Made by a program: the position numbers and the translations under genes. The notes under the pieces were generated by a model, which saw nothing but the letters and a program-made list of their open reading frames with translations, was not told the origin of the DNA and made no database searches. A stretch of DNA of 64,000 nt from Amphiscolops sp. MND2022 (lineage: Eukaryota). Positions 37,620-50,429 of the stretch are shown here, one piece after another. Within the stretch, counting starts at the first letter, position 1, and each line of letters starts with the position of its first letter. The stretch spans positions 50,718,001 through 50,782,000 of the forward strand of contig OZ076413.1 in the NCBI GenBank assembly GCA_964187785.1, written 5' to 3'.

Positions 37620-38680
37620 AAAAATTAAACATTTTTTCCAAGGTGGTTGAGTGAAAAAGACGTTGACTGTAAGTACATGAAAACGAAGTTTGTTGCTTTC
37701 GAGAAAAAATCAGTAAATCATCCAAATATAGTAATTGGCGATATTCAAATTTACTCCAGTGAAAACTACACTGTAGTTTTTACAGTAGTAAGTTTCATGA
37801 TCCTTAAGTAACTTGGCAATACTTGTGGAATTGCAATGCTTGTAGAATTGACAAATACTTGGGCATACATTTCGACAATATATTGAACTTTGAAGTTCAC
37901 ATTAGTAAAATCACTGGGAAACTTGCACGCCAGAGTGGAATTCTTTTCGAATTAAGATAAACATTGAACAAAAGAGAGCGAGTACAATACATCCGATCAT
38001 ATATGTCGCCAAATATTCAATATGGGGTTCTTTTGTATGGTTTAAGTCCGAAAACAAGACTACAAAAAATCATATTACTTCATAAAAAACTTATTCGGAT
38101 AGCATTGCGACTTTCTCCAGGGGTTAGTGTAATGGCAAATTTTGAAGAGCTAAAAATTGGCACAGTTTTTGAATACCATAACTACGAAGTGTTCAATTAT
38201 TTTATCAGTGAGATGCGGAATGGTTTCAAAAATCTGAAGGTTGGGGCTCAATCCAGGCAGACAAGAAACAGAAATCTAAACGTTTGGAACTTCGCTGCAA
38301 AAACTGACCTGCAAGGTTCTCATGGAAAAACACTAATGAATGCTTTATGTAAATGGGGTGTCTTGCCGCCCGAAAAAAAAATATATGTGAAATGGATGAA
38401 AAACAAGTTCAAAACTTCTATCACCAAATCTCAGATCTATATATTTTGGCAACGGTGAACTGATCGATCTCCTCTACAATAAATAAATAAGTTTCAAATC
38501 TCTACCACAACCAAGTTTCTTATAACTCATACCTTTTTGTTGTATAAAAGGATTCCTCACAAAAAGCCTTCGTGCTTGTAGGAATTTTTCTCAGGGGCCA
38601 TTTTTATTATAAATATTTTTATTTCAACATTCTGGAACATAAATAACGCCACCTGATAAATCAATTATTATTATTACTTT
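37620..38680 (+). mobile_element. Decayed 3' part of a non-LTR retrotransposon (CR1/L2-like RT C-terminus)
   Basis: KYLGIHFDNILNFEVHI..KLARQSGIL and YIRSYMSPNIQYGVLLYG, with (aata)n and (att)n tail-like repeats downstream. Confidence 0.7.
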
Positions 38681-41600
38681 CCGCCCACATAAATGGGGGA
38701 AGAAAATCATGATCAGTGCGCGTTTTTTTTACAAATTCTGCCAAATCTCCAATTTTATTTACTCCATTTAGTAAAACGATAAACTAGTCACCGTGGCACA
38801 GTTGGTTGTCAATTTCATAGCGGAAAATATCCCGGTGCTTAGCGGGCTTCTTGTTATTATTATTTTGCCTAGGTGTTTTCAATAAGAAAGCCAGGATCGA
38901 GCCGTACCCAACTTTCGTACGAAAAGCGGCTAACATGTGGGGCAACGTTTCACGAGAAAACAACGAAGAAACTATCCCCCAGTAAGTCAGTCAAGGTATC
39001 GGTATGGTTTTCCAAATTTCAGACCACTTCCAACCCGGGGTGTCAAATAAATTCCACCGCATATGAAACCATCAAGGTTGAGAAACGCATAAAAAGCTGG
39101 AAAAGTTCCGATGCCTCGGAAATCCGTTGTTTGCACAACTCGCGTTGCAGCTGTCATATCAAGTGCTGTAGATACTGTCAAAAACAACATGCCAGCTCTG
39201 ATGTCCATCGGTGTGTTCTGAAGAACTCCTTGAAAAATTTCAATGTTGCGTGCAAGTTGGATCGAAGATTGGGTGCTTTTTGTTTTATATTTTCCCGCAA
39301 AAATCAAATTCGCACAAATAAGAAGTCAAAATTCGTTTTTTTTAAAGTAAATTCGTCCTCAAGTTATGAAGCCTTCAGGTATCATAAAATCGGAGAAGAG
39401 GGAGAAGAGTTATTCGATGCAACATAGAAAGTTTGTAACAGCTCTATCTTAGAATTGGCAAGCGAAAAGATTCAATTTTTGCAAGTGAACTTTCATGCTC
39501 CGAATGAATTTCGTCGTTGGAGTAGCAAACAATTCTTCCATCATTCAAGTTTACTTGACTTTGCGATACGAGTTATGAACGAATTATAAGGATCAAAGTC
39601 AAGCCTGACGTTCTCGGGGACAACTTTGCTGTTTTCTTTAGTCTTAGAGCACACGTTTCATTTTTTGATTCTTTGGTATACCTGGTGTGGACAGGAAAAT
39701 GCCAGTAACATAGGTGTTATCCAAAGACATGAAATCCTGTTTTCCGCTTGAATTTTCTTGGGAGCCTTTTGGAAAGTAAATTGATCAAAAAGAGCAAAAC
39801 AACTTTACATAGTCAAGGAATCTCTGAAGAATTCTTGATCTCACAGTGCCGAAAAGGAAGGGTCCCTTTTACTTGAAAACGTTTTCGTTTTCAATCTCAC
39901 GTGGAACATCAACAAACCCAAAACAGGAAAAATCTTTGAATAAAAAATTCCAGAAAAGTCGAACAGTGCCGATTGAATTCTTTTGAAAAATCGATTTTTT
40001 TCAGTACCAAAACGAACATTCAATTTTGTTTGCAATTCGAAAAATTATGTCAAAATACGGATAGGTAGACCCTTTCAGTCCAGCGGAATTTGGGATGAAA
40101 AAGTGTCAAAAACTGGTTTGAAAATTTTTGATGAGCTGATTTTTGATTCCTTTTCTTTCAATTGTAGCGTACTGAAATTACACCTTATCTAACAAATTCT
40201 AAACTTGATGAAAAAATTTGTAACTTTTCTTCGCGATAAAATATAAACTCAATATTCAAACTTCATCACCAATTATCCATGATTTTGGATGTTATTGGAT
40301 AATTTTAAATCAAACATGTTTTTTCGGATAATCATGCATGATTCATGAATTCCTACTCATGATTATCTTTCTATTCATGGTCAATGATATTGAATGGCAA
40401 ATCATGCTCAAATCGTGGATGAAAGTCAATGACTGGACAAATTGGAGAAGCATCATTGCAACACTTGCTAAGAAAAAGCAAAATATGGAAAATATGGAAA
40501 ACTAACGCTCAGCTTGTAAGCCAGGGCTTGTAAGCATAACAGTATCACTAGTAAGGACTGGTTGAAGACTTGGGAAGTCCCCAGCAGCCCTGGGATTTTT
40601 AACAGTCTCTGAATTCACAGTTGCATCTGTCCTGGTCGATTAAAATACGAGACTGTCGGAAGCAGATCCCAAGGACGCAGAGAAGACTAAGATGACAATC
40701 ATTTGACTGATGTTGAAAATTTGTGATGTCCACTAGAAAAAAACTACCGTTCATTTGTTTTTTGGTAAGTCAACTCGTGCAGTATTTGTATGTTTCCTGT
40801 TCAAAACATTTCGTTTGTCTTCTAGATGTAACGTCAGGATAGCAGCGTACATACACTAGAGCGGGGATAGGTTGCCTTGACAGGAGACCATGGTCTTACT
40901 ACAACGCTAGACATCAGTTTTAGTCACAAAAAGGGATTCGAGGGGGACTTTTCCAAACATCAAGGAGGCTTCTCATTCAGAGCTCCTTGGCAATATACTG
41001 GCACTCTGAAAGTCTGGACATGTCCCAGAAGAATGTAAAAACGAACCCCAAGGTTTCTAGCGTGTGTTCTTGAGACTTCTTATATACTGTGAAGTGCCTA
41101 TTAGGTCGGTAGGAAAATTGATGAATCTATATCCTTCATCAAATTAGCGAATTCTCAAATTTGAAGTATTCAAAATTAGCGATTTTTCTCTTCCAATTTT
41201 CTTGTTTGATTTTTCAAAGTAGCCTCGTAATTGAAATTTTTGCGACAGTGCCTTCCTACATTTCAACAAAGGTTGTCTCACGCGTGAGTTCGAAAGGAAG
41301 GACTTTATTTCTACGGCCCGGGAGAAAAGAATGCTTTGGTCCAGGAATATGTAAATTGAACCTTTCTCTATTTGTATTAAAGGTATAATAAACGTCACTC
41401 ATACAAAAGCAAACTAAATAATAGGTAAATAACTAAATCTGGTTTAATATCAATCTTTAATAGATACAAGTTACGTTACTAAGAAATGAGGTATTAAGTT
41501 AACTAGGTTGTTTTTATGTTTTTACCAAGTCAGAGGTTAGGCCTCTTTTTTAGGCGCAGTAACTAGCTGGCGCGGTATTTATAGTCCACCGATTGTCACG

Positions 41601-41984
41601 GACTGGGAAAGACAGCGATTCGCTATTCTTTGATTAAAGAGCAACAGATTGTTGTACTGGTTTTATAGAGTGCTATACGTCTACTCTTTGTCTCAAGTTG
41701 AGAAATGTTCGATTTGAGGAGTCAAACAAAAGCTAATTTATTTAGGTCTCTTATAAACCAGCTAAGGCTGTGGTTCTTGGTTTAGACGGTATAATAGCTT
41801 CTGTTCGAAGTCAAAAATCAATTGAAACTCCAACGTAAGAGCGGAATTGCTCTTACTTGGGAATAGGCTTGATTTTGTTTTTAGATTTGAAATAGACTAA
41901 GACTTAATTCGCTTCTACTTGAAAGCAGTGAGAGGAAAGTTGCTTTTATTGGAAAGCAGGGCTGAAAAGCTTAAGACTCAGTTT

Positions 41985-42290
41985 GTTTTGGCTCGAAAGA
42001 AATATTTGAAAATATTTCAAGATAAAATTACTTTGGCTCGAAAGCAGGTTGAAATTTGTCCAAGATAAAATTGCTTTAACTGGAAAGCAGGATTTGCAAA
42101 TAATCCAAGATAGATTTGCTTTAACTTGAAAGCAAGCTTGAAAATCGCGAAGATAGAATTGCTTTAACTTGAAAGCAAGCTTGAAAATCGTCTAAGATAA
42201 AATTGCTTTAACTGGAAAGCAGGCTTGGCAAATATTCTAAGATAGAATTGCTTTAACTTGAAAGTAAGCTGAAAAAACGTCCAAGATAAG
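41985..42290. repeat. Minisatellite, about 7 copies of a 43-45-bp unit
   Basis: Repeated aagata(a/g)aattgctttaact(g/t)gaaagca(a/g)g. Confidence 0.9.
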
Positions 42291-45125
42291 ACTGATCCAA
42301 GACTTGTTGAAATTTAAGAGTTAAAAAAGTTGAGAAAAGACTGAGAGAAAAATGAAAGCTAAGACAAAAAGCACTGAGACAAAATAAGTTAAAGTTAAAA
42401 TTAAGAAAAGGTCTTGGAAAAATGAGAGCTCCGAAAAGAAAATTGAAAAAGTTTAACAAACAAATGTTGCGCTGCGCTGATGACGGGGATTGAACCCGTG
42501 GATGAAGATTGTGGAGAAGATGAATGATTTATCAAATTTGTATTTCGCCACAGGAAGAGCTCTGAGAGTTGAAAATTTGGTCTGCTGTTATACTAAATTT
42601 GTTCGTCTCGTCAACCAGTGAAATTCAACCACTTTCGTGATTGGCTGACTAGCATGACGTCATTTGACGTCAAGTCATATGACCATACAAACGAGAGTGT
42701 TTTGAATGTGTTATTCAAAGGCGTAGCGTCCACGACAAAATGATTGATGTCATTTGACGTCATGACGAAATATGGAATGTGTGTAGCGTCGCAGAACAAA
42801 CTGAGTGAACACTTTCGAGCGTGTTCAGAATTCAGGGCTGAGCGAGAAAATAATAAAGATAAAACTGCGCAACTTACAAAAGATAAAATTACATATCACA
42901 AGTTTTGAGTTTATTTCCTTTTTTTATTTTCACGGTAAGTCTTTTCTTTTTATTTGCCATAAGTCACACACGACAATACTCCCGAGGTCCAAAAAGGCAA
43001 TTAGCTGGAATACACTAAAAGTACGGCGGGATATACTAAAAGTACAAGATCTAACAAATCATACATTTCCAAATACCTGAAACAACGCACTACTGACAAA
43101 TTTACTGCCACAAAACATGGAGTCAAAGCCTCGCCGACACTTTGACTTGCGTTATACTGTATGAAGGATAAAGCACACATTTTGCAGTTTCTGTTTTTTT
43201 TGGCGTAATAAGGTGATTTTATCATTTTTGGAAGCTCTTTTTGTTGCAGTCGTCACTTTGGGTTTTTCAGGGTTTGGATTGCGTGTATATCGTTTGTTTG
43301 TTGGGGCTGCTGAGCGGTTCGTTCTTTTTTTGCTTTTTCGTCTTCCAAACTGATTTTTGGGTACCTGCCAGATCGACCATGTCACAAGTTGAATTTTTCA
43401 AAGATTTGTAACAGGTACCCTGTCACAAGGCTTGTTGACGTTATATGAAAATAAACTACCACTAGCTGGAGTAACGAAAACTGTGATAACTTTAGATGGA
43501 TCTGCAATTTCAGATACTTATGTGTATCATACATGCATGATGCTTTTATATGTATACTTAGTCCCCTACCTTTTTAGATCCCCTTATGTGCAACAACAAA
43601 AATTTCGTATAATGTTGAGACATCATTATACAACATACGTTTGAGGTTTCAGAAACTTCACTGAAACTTCAGTTCACGATAAGAGCCAATGAAAATGCGT
43701 ATGCTGGTTCCTTATTGAGGAAACTGGGACGTTGGTTTTCGATTAAATACACAAATGGCCAACCACAGGCATGTTCATTCCTGTTGAAGTCGACCCGACC
43801 AACCGGGCGTTTTGACATTTTTTTCTATCACTTCACTCAGAATTTTTTGCAAACTTCTTTGCGGAAGAGATAAGAAGAGAAATCGAAGCACATATGGAAA
43901 TCGATCTCATAGACCGAGGCATTCAAAATATTTGCTCCCTTCTTTTGACCCATCGGACCAAACTGATACATAGAAAGGCACTAAAGGTCAAGTTACAGCT
44001 TCAATTGCAACAATTTAAAAAAAAATCACTCTTGAAACTTTGCTAGCAAGATAGAAATTCTACCGGCAACTTTGGGTCTCATTGCCACCTTGAAAATTAA
44101 TCGCAGCCAAGCATGCCATCAGGAACCTTATCAGTTGTCTGAACCAATCAGTACTGACAGAAATACTCAGGTTCAGTCAGGGGCTAGGTCTCATGCTCTG
44201 TTACAATCTGATGCTCTAAAAGTTTTGAAAGGCTGTAATGCGATGTTTTTGATTAGGCGAATATCTGTAGCTTTTAGCAATGAAAAACTGAATTCCATTG
44301 GGGACATTCATGAGGAGCGGGACCTCCCATTGTACACGATATCTAGAAGTCACATGGGTCCATCAGCGTATAGGAGGCTTTCATGAGCATGAACGCACCA
44401 TCCCATTAGATTTCTCCACGCATGCACTGGCAAGTTTGCGTCATGCAAGCTTGTTGTACTATCCAAAAAAGGTCGCCGACTTGGAGAAGCAAGACTGCTT
44501 ATTCGGCGTCCAGCCCGCGTTACTGGGGAAATGAACTCCCTTCTTTCTTCTTCTAACAGAATTCGTTGGAATTGAATTGTATGCTACATATTTGATATTA
44601 GATGGTTCACATCAAATGCGAAAAACGCTGGGAGACAAGACTACGGAGGGTAACAAGTGTGGAAGGTACATCAATAAAGATAATTGGAGCCGAAATCGTG
44701 AGTATCTGAGTTCATTCCACTAAACCACAGAGCGAGTTGGTTGTAAATGAGACTCAATATTAAAAAAAAACGATTATAAAATAGACATCGCACTCTACGA
44801 TTTTCATTGTTTGAAATATAATTATGAATAAAAAATGGAAATTCTGGCAGATTGCATTTTATCACCAGATGAAGAATATTTCACCACCTTCAGGTTTCGG
44901 TTCTTTGATTTTTGTGAAATCGTTTCGTCCGATTGTCAAAGTCGACCTGATTTTAATGCTATTTATAATTCATTCGAAGAAAAAACCGTTAACGTATTTG
45001 AAAAAATTACAGCTTTGTCAAAAATCTTATTTTCTTTTTACTGTGTGCTTCAGAAAAAAAAACTTAGAAAGAACATAAACTTTAAATACAACAGAATTTA
45101 TTCCATTTGCTTTAGAAGTAACATC

Positions 45126-45382
45126 TCAATTGAGTTTAAATTTTTCAATCGAAGGGCTTTTTAGGGCGATCATTTCCCAAATGTAGTACACAGCATTTCC
45201 AAGAACCAACAGTATGTCACCAATCAGAACAGACAAAATTTTGACTGGTTCGGGTATCTCGTACCCGTGAACAGCCCATAAACCATACATCGGAAGTACC
45301 CAGAGTAAAGTGATTGCGTAAACATGGATTAGGTAATACGTGCAACATTTGTGGTTGTTTTGGGGCTTGACAAACGCACCTT
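45126..45382 (-). CDS. Possible last exon of a membrane protein
   Basis: Two hydrophobic segments (YYLIHVYAITLLWVLPMYGLWAV and VKILSVLIGDILLVLGNAVYYIW). I recognise no family. Confidence 0.25.
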
Positions 45383-46587
45383 TAAGGAAGAAATCCAAAA
45401 CGAAAAAACTACCAAAAACTACCAACTTAAAGTAAATTGGAGAATTTTCGAAGAATTTCTTCGGCTGAATTCATTTGTGCAGAAAAAAGTTTTAGGATGG
45501 CACTGCTTCAAAAGATGCATTGTCTCTGGTAGTCAACTGATTGGTCAAAAAAAAGGAAACATCAGGAATTTTGAGAAGATGCTTAAAAACTATCCCGATG
45601 CGGTAATTCTCTTCACTGAACGTTTCATTTCAACCTTCTGAACTGATGATGGAGTACTGAACATGTTTTTGGTCTGTTTCGTCATATTTGTTCTACCATT
45701 CACAATCACATAACATTACGATCACATACACGCTTACCCTAGTTTACCAATTATGGGATTCCATTCATCATTCCTCCATGCTTCATGGATTTGCCATGGT
45801 TTGCCATGGCGAGAATGATTCCATGATCATAGACAAGAAATAATTTCGAGAAAGGTCAGATTTGTCGCACTTTTTTCCAAAGCGCTTCAGCCTAATAAGA
45901 CATTGGACAAGGAGTTTTCGGAAAGTAACTGAGATGAAATCAAGAAATGTTTCAATTTGTTGTTTTAACTGGTCCTAAAATTTTCATACTTGAATAGGGG
46001 TAAAGGGATTAGGTGTTTCAGGCTCCAGAATTAAATCTTTTTAAATTTAAATTTAAATTAAATTTTTTGTTTGGGAGTTTATTCCTCGGATTGAAGGCCC
46101 ATTTAAGGCAAGAAAAGCATAAATCCACTCGTTTAAAAACTGAATTCCCGTGAAAATGATAGGAGAAATTGATTCGTTTTCCAATCTAACCAAAACCAGG
46201 CATGCTCAGAAATCGATAGCACAAAGTCTAAATGATTAGGACCTTCAAGTAAAAGAATAAATCGAAACACTTTTTTATATTTGTTAAAATACTGAAGCCG
46301 AATAATCTCGGCCCCCACGATCAAAATTACATCATAGGTTGTCTAGAAAATGTCTATTACTTGACTTCATGACAACTGGCAGTAGTCATGTAAGTTATGA
46401 ACTAGTAATTAGAGAATCTAGAGAAGAAAAGAAAAGTTTGTTTTAACCTATCAATTTTTCTTCCAGGGAGCAAAACTGCTGGCCCCATTCCCGGGATCTC
46501 TTTCATAACTTCTCAGAACTTTTCACTCCACAATGTAGTTTTTCACCATTATCTCAACTCACTTTACTGAGATCTAACGTTGGAAAA

Positions 46588-47155
46588 AACAGGCCGGGAA
46601 CGGCGTCGCTTAGAAAGCGCAAAAACATTTCAAAATTTCGAAAACAGTCACACGAAAAAACGCTGACTAAAAATATAATTCAGACGGATCAATTCTAGCA
46701 ATGCGTCATAATCACTTTGATATCTGAATGTCCTATCATGACCAAATGGACATTCCAGAAGCGGCTCCAAAGAGAGGATAATGTTGAAATAATTGTTTTT
46801 TAGTCGGCGCTTTTCGTAGAAAACGCAGACTATAGTAGTCAATTTTCTTTTTTTAAGACCAACGAAAAGACAGATTTTATAAGCTTTATAAGCTGACTTG
46901 AACTAACACTAAATGCCACACTACTTCTACTGGCACTTGAGATAGAGGTTAATTAGGCTTTTTTGAGGTCCCCTCACATTTTTCGGCACTATGCGACTTC
47001 CCCGGGACAAAAAAAAACTGAAAAAAAATCGAAATTTTTTTCTTCAAATTTTTCCTCATGCGGGTACTGTAGAAGAGAATACTTGACACTTTGAAGTCCT
47101 TTTGCTATTTTTGAGCCTCAGATATGGCGCCGACTTGGGCCGTTCCCGGCTTGTT
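46588..47155. mobile_element. Non-autonomous element with 17-bp inverted termini, sharing internal sequence with the 9805-10835 element
   Basis: aacaggccgggaacggc and gccgttcccggcttgtt match at 16/17. It shares tggcactt...agaggttaa.tagg and ttttcggcactatgcgactt with the 9805-10835 element. Confidence 0.65.
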
Positions 47156-47340
47156 TTGTCTCAAAGTAGCTGCATGTTGGAGCGTATCAAAGTCTGAAAG
47201 ACAAATTCAAAGTTTTTGATTGCCAGCATTTTAAGGTTGAAAATTCCAAGCTACTCGATCGAAATCGAAAGCAACGTTGAAATATTTTTGGCAAGGAAGT
47301 TTAAGAAGCACCATGAGTGTTTCAGAAAGTCGTGATTACA

Positions 47341-47370
47341 GAAGAAGAAGAAGAAGAAGAAGAAGAAGAA
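47341..47370. repeat. (GAA)n microsatellite, about 10 units
   Basis: Directly visible. Confidence 0.95.
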
Positions 47371-47372
47371 TG

Positions 47373-47639
47373 GCAGGAATAGTTAACTGACATCCAACTG
47401 AAGGAACACACTGGGTTATGTTTATTAACGAGTATTATTTTGATTCACTTGGCTTTGCTCCCCCAGTAAACATCGAGAGATTCCTTATACCAAAACAAAT
47501 TAATGGAGGTAATTATTCAGAACATCAAATTCAGAAAAATGATAGTTGTTGTGCAGCGTAATGTTTGTATGTGTTGTATCTCGCAAATATAATAGGCTTT
47601 AAAAATGCAGATCTAAGTTTACACCAACAGAATTTATGA
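47373..47639 (+). pseudogene. Adenain-like cysteine protease remnant
   Basis: GTHWVMFINEYYFDSLGFAPP...QIQKNDSCCAA*CLYVL retains the H/D/Q/C catalytic pattern but contains stops. Confidence 0.8.
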
Positions 47640-49104
47640 CTATTAAACGAAACAATTTAATACTTATTCAGCTCAATTTAAAATTATGCAAAATCAGTCG
47701 AATGAGATCGAAAATAATTTAAAAAAATAGAAATAATCCAAATAGTATTCCGAACAAAAATATCAATACAAAACCAAGAATTTATATACAAAATATCTGC
47801 TAGTGGTTTTAAACAATTTCATAAAATATAATTAAACATTTGCAAACCAAACGTTTGTGCAAAGTTTTGAAAAAAAAGGATTTTTTCCTAATAAATGGAT
47901 CTATCAAACTTTGTAACTTATGATAAAAAATTTGAATATAGTGACTCGAGCTTGCAAAAAGATGAGATTGAGAATCTTGAAAAAGAATTGGAGTCACAAA
48001 GCAAATTAAATAACATAAAACTTAATGATATGCGAAGCGCCTTCGGCATGTCTGATTAATTAGAAAATATACAAGAAAATAATTTCAACGATGATGAAAC
48101 CAAGGTAGTAGTCAATGCAAAATTATTCTTAGATATGAACAAAAATACAGCAAAGCTGGCTTGCATACAGAAGATATAAAAACAAATTTGAAATATTTAG
48201 AACAAGATATCAAAAATAAATGAAATAAAAATAAAAAAGAAATTGTTTTGGATGCTGCCAAGTTAGTAAAAGAACAACAAACCATTTTACGTAATCACTT
48301 CGAGACAAACCTTGTTTCGGAATTGGAAAAATGTAAAAGTGAAGCATTCAAAGATACTATTCAATTTCTATATAATAAAGGATTGTTTGACTCATTTGAA
48401 AATAAAGACCATCTATTCCAGTCGTATTTGACCTTTACAAACCAATACTTGTTGGACAAAAACGGAACAGAAATGCAAACATCAGATGGTGTGTAGTTTT
48501 TATCGGCCTTAGACTATTCAACAAGACAAACAGTGTTGAATAGTTTGAAGAAAGACCCGTACAAAAATAATGTTGACCTTAAATATAGAATGAAACTAAC
48601 TGATACTGGGCTCAATTTCATACGTTTTGAAAACTAATTTGTAAAATTGAAACTAATTAGACGAGTGAAACTTTATATCGTTGTTTACGTGTTACCGGAG
48701 TTGGGCTTGTTATTGTACCCATCGCGAATGGTATAGGTGCAGGAGTATGCATTTTCAGTAAGCTTATTGGTGAGTATCAGAAACGAGAAGAACAACATAA
48801 TAATACAAAAGTTACATTTGCTGCTGGAACTATGAACAACTTCCAAAAGCTACACACAAAATGTCTAGAAGATAATAAAAAAGATCTGAATGAACACAAC
48901 AAACTAAAACAAACATACGATGTGTATGAGAACAATACAGCTAAACTAAAATCTGAGTTTACTTTTTTAGGATAAATTTGTTCTGTAAAAATATTAAAAA
49001 CATAATATTCAAAAATTGAATATATATATTTTTTCTAATGCGAAGCTTAGAAAAAATTATAAAAATTTTTCTTATTATTGGAAAATTTTCATTAAAAAAT
49101 AAAA

Positions 49105-50311
49105 ATGCTCTTGATTAACCTATTCATAAAATTAATTTTATAAAATATGATCCAAACAGTTTAGAGACAATCAATAATAATATTTCATATATTTCTATCA
49201 GTTTCCCAAGAGAAGACGCTTATAAATGTTCACAAAATTCATATATATCATTAGATTTTGAAGTATTAAAAAATGATGATACAAGATATGTAGAAGATAA
49301 TGATTAAATAGTACTAGTAAACTTTGGGCCTGTTGCTTTATTTAGTGAAGCTAAGCTGACAATCAGTTCGGGAAAACATTTGGAAAAAGTGGATAATTTA
49401 CATATTATAAGTATAATGCATAAAGGTTTAACTTCCAAACAACAAACCAGCGAATTGATGTAAGGGTCTGAAGAATCAGTCGCTATCAGAAGACAAGAAC
49501 TGACAAACAAAAATACAGAGAACGGAACATTCTTTGTGAACATCAAGCTAGTTGATTTATATGGGTTTGCTGATCAAGAAAAATTAACATTTGGTTTAGG
49601 CTATTTTCTTACTTTAAAACGAAATAATAATAACGATCCCAATTTAAGGAATAATGGGGTGGTTGCTGCAAAAATTGTTATAAAAGATATAGGTTGGTTT
49701 AATCCACATTAGACACCTAGCTTAGAAAACTAACAAATTGTGATGGATCAGTTATTGAATAAAGATCCAACTGAACTGTATTACGTGGAACGAATTGTTT
49801 TTAGAAAAGATGTGAACACTAGTAATAAGAGGGAGGACCTTTGACTTGAGAAATAGTGGAGAATCAACACCAACTTTTTTATTAGTTGGATTTCAAGCTA
49901 GAATTAAAATTGATTCGCAAACACATGATAATGCAAATCTTGATCGTTTGCCTATTTCAAATGCTGTTTGTAAAAAAAGGGTCAGAAAAATATCCTGTTG
50001 ATGGAATCGAATGTGAATATGATAGAGACAACCACCGTGAAGCATATCAAGAAATAGAAAATTTCTATCGGTTGAAAAGTGAAATTAGCCTATTAAGGTT
50101 ATTTATTGATTTGCATAAATTAAGAACAAATTATAATTTTTATATGTTTGACTTATCCAAACAAAAAGATCATATTGCGAGTCAACCTATTAGATTAGAT
50201 TTTAAATTTAGTACTGCCATCAATGTAGCAGACTATATAGCTTATATTCTGGTCGTAACACCCAACTGATAAGTAACAGCAGTGATGGGCAAAAGCAATT
50301 CGGTTTAATAT
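49105..50311 (+). pseudogene. Polinton-like double jelly-roll capsid protein remnant
   Basis: PREDAY..QNSYISLDFEV, VNFGPVALFSEAKL and YMFDLSKQKDHIASQPIRLDFKF, with many stops and frameshifts. It converges on polB. Confidence 0.6.
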
Positions 50312-50429
50312 AATTAATATAATATTTCTAATACAAAAAATTTTTTACAAAGAAATGATAAAAATATAAAGTATTTATCTTTATAATTTAAATGAAAATA
50401 TATTTATAAAAGATATGCTCGATCACCTA

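Noticed and set aside
37411..37725. ORFs spanning the N run
   Set aside because: Artefacts of the assembly gap.
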